Assembly: GCA_976226885.1 (NCBI GenBank) | Contig: OZ320319.1 | Location: 59,582,001-59,646,000 of the forward strand | Reading direction: 5' to 3' | Source: Iphione sp. A-MEVVRFRX5 | Lineage: Eukaryota | Length of the DNA: 64,000 bases | Translations under genes and position numbers: made by a program | Shown here: in pieces, positions 62,601 through 64,000 of the stretch | Layout: every line of letters starts with the position of its first letter | Numbering within the stretch: position 1 is the first letter of the stretch | The notes under the pieces: generated by a model | Seen by the model: the letters and a program-made list of their open reading frames with translations, nothing else | Database searches by the model: none | Told to the model about the DNA's origin: nothing

Positions 62601-64000
62601 TTCCAAGTAAGACACGAATACGTTATGGTTAGCCAGAAACAGGCGAACGTTTCTTGTAGAATCAGAACATACCAATAAGAGAACAATGCATAAACGATTG
62701 CTATTGAACATCAGTTTCCTGACCGCCTATACGTTTTGTGCAAAATGAAACCAATAAATAACATTTTGATGTCAGACATATACCAACAAAAGTTAATGGG
62801 CAACACTAAAAGCACAAACATAGAGTTGAATTAACATGTATGGATGAAATGTTGATCCCAGCCAAAGTTGTTTTAATTGTCTGGAAAAGAGAACTAAATT
62901 AAATGGATCTATTTGAGCTGAAACAAAACAAAAAAGAAACGAAGATTATTACGGAATATCAAGCTTGGGATATTCATGCCAAGACCTATCTGACCAACAA
63001 AACATTGAACACGTACGTAGCTTGAACCTTTTAGTGGCGGCTAGGATTTATAGCACATGCTCAAACTCATGGAAACGCCTTTATGTGAACCCCATTTTAT
63101 AGACAACTCACCTTTCGCTACAGGTGACACTGGCTCTGGCAGTTCAGCATAATCCTCACTTAACCCACCAGCATTCTCGGCCCGGATGCGAAACTGGTAA
63201 CCCAGTCCAGGCCGCAAGTCAAACACCTCATATTTATATTTACTCTGTGGTATTCTTACAAGGGGCCTAAACTCAGCCATGTCTGGCTTTTTCATCTCTA
63301 AAATGTACGCAGTGACCAGTCCACCACCTGTTTTCTCTGGTTCGTCCCATGTCAGGGTAACTGACTGATGCCCCACCTTTTTCACCTTGAATGCCGTTGG
63401 AGCTGATGGGGTGGCTGTAAGGGGAAAATCAAAGCCTGTTATCTCCCAGTTTTTAATTTCATGAATTCTCCCACAGTTCTATGGTACTGTCTCCCTTGCC
63501 CATTTAAAATACATAAGACTGGCGGTAAAGTAATTCTTCTTCCTTAACCACCGTCACTGTAGGAAACAACAAGTCCTTGACCTACTGCTGTTCTCTTTAT
63601 CGCTCTCGACCTTCCCGAATTAAATAGGATTGGCGGAGTTTGAGTTTTGAATATACATTTATTATCTTCTACCTAGGCAAGTGGGACATTATTTTGTAAC
63701 TTTTACTTTCTTATTTGGTGTCAACGAATATTCACTGACAATTAAATCCTCGCCAGAAGACGACGTCTACATGCATTATATTTCACTCACCAACAAAAGG
63801 CCTTGGTCGAACAGGTTCAACTAACGACGCAGCATCTTGACTGGGACCCATGGCATTTATAGCCTTTACCCTAAAGTAGTATCCCAACTGGGGATTGAGG
63901 CCATATGCGCGATAGCCGGGCATGCTAACGCGACCGACAATGGAGAAGCGGTCTTCGTTTTCTGGTCGCATCTCCACCAGGTAACTGGTTACCGGACTAC
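8090..64000 (-). CDS. Giant titin/connectin-like muscle protein (I-set Ig + FN3 + PEVK-like linkers), multi-exon, partial at both ends
   Basis: Repeated I-set signatures (P.F...P..V.V..G....L.C.V.G.P.P.V.W.K ... D.G.Y...A.N..G), FN3 signatures (W..P..DGG..V..Y.. / Y.FRV.A.N..G) and PEVK tracts, in about 35 GT/GC-AG-bounded exons that join in frame. Orthology to a named gene cannot be fixed by eye. Confidence 0.93.
10114..10671 (-). CDS. Ig cassette exon (558 nt), divergent
   Basis: GGCAG|(A)SSQPAVTWFKG...DCGEYTV...VRITCKIS-G|GTCAGC; weak pyrimidine tract. Confidence 0.78.
11251..13293 (-). CDS. Ig cassette exon (2043 nt) with 56-aa tandem repeats
   Basis: (G)DPKPEVEWFKG...IRLKCKIT-G|GTTGGG. 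Confidence 0.9.
11630..12870 (-). repeat. 168-bp (56-aa, 2 x about 28-aa) coding tandem repeat, about 7 copies, degenerating at the ends
   Basis: GGCAGCAGCA at 12041, 12209, 12377, 12545, 12713. Confidence 0.92.
13680..14102 (-). CDS. Ig cassette exon (423 nt)
   Basis: (G)EPVPEVTWLR...IFLFGCVA-G|GTCAGG. Confidence 0.85.
14905..15266 (-). CDS. Stop-terminated exon: Ig C-part plus poly-Ser tail (probable alternative last exon)
   Basis: (G)DPEPDVIWYKDG...DAGEYKA...SSSSSS..MKFGSKFS*; no following Ig N-part and no strong donor. Confidence 0.8.
15991..16560 (-). CDS. Ig cassette exon (570 nt)
   Basis: (G)QPEPTVTWLK...IRLTCSTE-G|GTCAGG. Confidence 0.87.
16817..17320 (-). CDS. Ig cassette exon (504 nt)
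   Basis: (G)DPEPTLTWYK...VRLTCRVT-G|GTACAT. Confidence 0.9.
17981..24079 (-). CDS. Giant cassette exon (6099 nt): 9 uninterrupted Ig domains plus two half-domains
   Basis: 2041-aa ORF; (G)KPKPDVDWWKG ... IMLSCKVS-G|GTTAGA. Confidence 0.93.
18150..18335 (-). repeat. 12-bp coding repeat, P-T-(D/G)-(N/S) tetrapeptide x about 15
   Basis: (CAGTAGGATTAT / CAGTAGGATTCC)n; NPTDSPTGNPTDNP. Confidence 0.9.
24800..25297 (-). CDS. Ig cassette exon (498 nt)
   Basis: (G)DPAPEVTWHKNG...IKLSCLAS-G|GTTAGC. Confidence 0.9.
25910..26449 (-). CDS. Ig cassette exon (540 nt)
   Basis: (G)TPDPEVSFFKG...ICLKCKVT-G|GTCAGT. Confidence 0.9.
26871..27626 (-). CDS. Ig cassette exon (756 nt)
   Basis: (G)DPEPEVCWYKG...IKVSCKFS-G|GTACGT. 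Confidence 0.92.
28974..29528 (-). CDS. Ig cassette exon (555 nt)
   Basis: (G)DPDPDVTWFRG...IKLTCKVS-G|GTTAGT. Confidence 0.92.
30135..31061 (-). CDS. Ig cassette exon (927 nt)
   Basis: (G)DPLPEVTWYK...LTLSCRIS-G|GTTACT. Confidence 0.86.
31297..31884 (-). CDS. Ig cassette exon (588 nt)
   Basis: (G)NPMPQVRWCRDG...IILTCAVE-G|GTGGGC. Confidence 0.85.
32175..32774 (-). CDS. Ig cassette exon (600 nt)
   Basis: (G)DPAPQVTWYK...IQLLCQVT-G|GTTTGA. Confidence 0.88.
33170..33754 (-). CDS. Ig cassette exon (585 nt)
   Basis: (G)DPVPEVEWYK...IEINCQVK-G|GTCAGA. Confidence 0.88.
34289..34951 (-). CDS. Ig cassette exon (663 nt)
   Basis: (G)KPTPEVSWFK...VRLTCKVS-G|GTTGGA. Confidence 0.88.
35690..36314 (-). 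pseudogene. Possible ancient relic of an Ig cassette exon
   Basis: TTGTCCAG acceptor; broken translation GDYIMFT*STHG / VKLAIIVTVWK*EGSHIV.. and IEESVQLSW*IS, resembling GDYTV.A.N.HG / FKFTVTVLVGKPEGAEIV and VGETIKLTCKVS. Confidence 0.45.
37103..37267. mobile_element. Palindromic MITE-like fold-back element
   Basis: Nested inverted arms GATCGC/GCGATC, AAAGAAA/TTTCTTT, GTCACTTT/AAAGTGAA, TTGTGACATT/AACGTCACAA. Confidence 0.65.
37642..38419 (-). pseudogene. Decayed Ig cassette exon (778 nt), tandem-array copy 6
   Basis: In-frame TAG at 38361-38363 and a 2-nt deletion in the A-run near 38320 relative to the 780-nt copies; splice sites intact. Confidence 0.8.
39073..39855 (-). CDS. Ig cassette exon (783 nt), tandem-array copy 5
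   Basis: (G)IPSPSVTWHK...IKLTCKVS-G|GTTAGA; read through without a stop. Confidence 0.83.
40513..41292 (-). CDS. Ig cassette exon (780 nt), tandem-array copy 4
   Basis: (G)IPAPKVTWHK...IKLTCKVS-G|GTTAGA; open frame. Confidence 0.85.
41430..41850 (+). mobile_element. Possible LINE ORF2 fragment in intron
   Basis: DPIPYELL at 41793-41816 (cf. GPD.IPYEML) in a stop-ridden frame. Confidence 0.3.
41924..42686 (-). pseudogene. Decayed Ig cassette exon (763 nt), tandem-array copy 3
   Basis: Clear homolog of neighbours with acceptor and GTTAGA donor retained. Core Trp changed to Cys (ACC TGT), frameshift near 42525, in-frame stops, and deletion of the CKV-encoding segment at about 41930. Confidence 0.85.
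43080..44000 (-). mobile_element. Decayed LINE RT fragment lengthening one array intron
   Basis: NWVKRYLKPTFSRV (43297-43338), TIPHGST (about 43130-43148; cf. GVPQGS). Confidence 0.45.
44233..45012 (-). CDS. Ig cassette exon (780 nt), tandem-array copy 2
   Basis: (G)NPSPSVTWHK...IKLTCKVS-G|GTTAGA; open frame. Confidence 0.85.
45290..45800 (+). mobile_element. Possible decayed LINE (RTE/L2-like) C-terminal RT fragment
   Basis: AIIKGLL*YAVTICP (45451-45495; cf. A.V...LEYA..VW.P); not shared with other array introns. Confidence 0.3.
46089..46868 (-). CDS. Ig cassette exon (780 nt), tandem-array copy 1
   Basis: (G)IPSPIVTWH...IKLTCEVS-G|GTTAGA; open frame. Confidence 0.82.
47470..48195 (-). 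CDS. Ig cassette exon (726 nt)
   Basis: (G)VPSPEVTWYK...ITLTCKVK-G|GTTTGG. Confidence 0.88.
48650..49348 (-). CDS. Ig cassette exon (699 nt)
   Basis: (G)EPTPKVTWFK...ITLTCKVT-G|GTGTGA. Confidence 0.88.
49857..51848 (-). CDS. Ig cassette exon (1992 nt) with 112-aa tandem repeats
   Basis: (G)FPKPQVKWYR...IKLTCQVT-G|GTTGGC. Confidence 0.9.
50060..51230 (-). repeat. 336-bp (112-aa) coding tandem repeat, about 3.4 near-identical copies
   Basis: GATTGTTCTGTTGCTTCTCC at 50105, 50441, 50777, 51113. Confidence 0.95.
52252..52812 (-). CDS. Ig cassette exon (561 nt)
   Basis: (G)DPEPEVTWFKE...IKLTCKVE-G|GTAAGT. Confidence 0.92.
53126..53620 (-). CDS. Ig cassette exon (495 nt)
   Basis: (G)EPEPEVTWYKG...DAGEYTV...IELTCRVT-G|GTAAAC. 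Confidence 0.92.
54390..56474 (-). CDS. Ig cassette exon (2085 nt) with PEVK repeat linker
   Basis: (G)EPEPEVEWYKDG...(KPEPEVVKEPE)n...IRLVCQVS-G|GTCAGA. Confidence 0.93.
54750..56190 (-). repeat. PEVK coding repeat: 66-bp (22-aa) unit with a 174-bp (58-aa) higher-order period
   Basis: CATCTTTAGCCCTGGTT recurs at 55168 and 55342; KEPEVKKEVEPEVAKKPEPEVV units. Confidence 0.85.
57028..57627 (-). CDS. Ig cassette exon (600 nt)
   Basis: (G)EPDPDIKWYKG...DAGIYKV...ITLRCKVS-G|GTTAGG. Confidence 0.9.
58050..59528 (-). CDS. Ig cassette exon (1479 nt) with Ser/Asp-rich linker and basic clusters; probable GC-AG donor
   Basis: TTACAG|(D)EPGLKVRWFKDG...DSGYYSL...VVVDVGDTIRLTYKVK-G|GCAAGG. Confidence 0.75.
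59990..60104 (-). CDS. Small exon, N-part of the first Ig (phase 0-1); missed by the ORF track
   Basis: TTGTAG|EEVAAAEVVKGPAPQIIAAPEPVAIKEGETIRLTCKVK-G|GTGAAT. Confidence 0.88.
60352..61517 (-). CDS. Exon: FN3 - EEKP/PEVK-like repeat - FN3 (phase 1-0)
   Basis: Two FN3 signatures flanking (AEEKPVVEEKKP)n; CAG|GTAAAT donor. Confidence 0.9.
60660..61130 (-). repeat. EEK(K)P 6-7-aa coding repeat
   Basis: AEEKPVVEEKKPLVEEKP.. about 25 short units. Confidence 0.85.
61748..61862 (-). CDS. Small exon, FN3 C-part plus linker (phase 0-1); missed by the ORF track
   Basis: TTTGCAG|VTAQNSEGKSKP...RPG|GTGATT completes the FN3 begun in 62078-62301. Confidence 0.85.
62078..62301 (-). CDS. Exon, FN3 N-part (phase 1-0)
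   Basis: IPTAPRNV...ITWGPPESDGGARV...YKVK; donor AAG|GTCAGT. Confidence 0.88.
63112..63414 (-). CDS. Exon, one complete FN3 domain (303 nt, phase 1-1)
   Basis: acceptor TTACAG, TPSAP...LTWDEPEKTGGG...YQFRIRAENAGG; donor GTGAGT. Confidence 0.92.
63791..64000 (-). CDS. Exon, FN3 domain (5' part outside window)
   Basis: SPVTSYLVEMRP...YYFRVKAINAMG; donor G|GTGAGT. Confidence 0.9.

Noticed and set aside
8640-63790. Intronic UGCAUG (Rbfox) sites as a regulatory code
   Set aside because: By eye the hexamer is about as common on the opposite strand, so no strand-specific enrichment is supported.
1-64000. Assigning a specific gene symbol (TTN, sls, unc-22, bt) or a host species
   Set aside because: No kinase or terminal domains are in the window and no search was possible; only the family-level call is supportable.

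Overview
Eukaryotic (invertebrate-like, AT-rich introns) genomic window. It is almost entirely filled by the middle of one giant spliced gene on the minus strand encoding a titin/connectin/twitchin-class muscle protein, incomplete at both ends. In transcript order there are about five FN3 domains with an EEKP-rich spacer (59990-64000), then I-set Ig domains separated by long Glu/Thr/Ser/Lys-rich or PEVK linkers (8090-59528). Manually summed intact exons give about 30.3 kb of CDS (about 10,100 aa). The main structural feature is that every Ig-region intron sits at the same point inside the Ig fold (after strand-B 'CKV[S/T]', phase 1). Each exon therefore encodes [C-part of Ig n]-linker-[N-part of Ig n+1] and has a length divisible by 3. 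I count 28 such intact cassettes, 2 decayed copies with intact splice sites, 1 older relic and 1 stop-terminated exon that looks like an alternative last exon. Any subset could be skipped in frame to build hybrid Ig domains (Dscam-like in logic); alternative splicing itself is inferred, not shown. Bases 1-8089 are a long intron with decayed LINE fragments, a MITE, a tRNA-derived SINE head, a 43-bp minisatellite and an unexplained GC-rich polyQ ORF island. Exon boundaries, counts and motif matches were read by eye; no database search was run.
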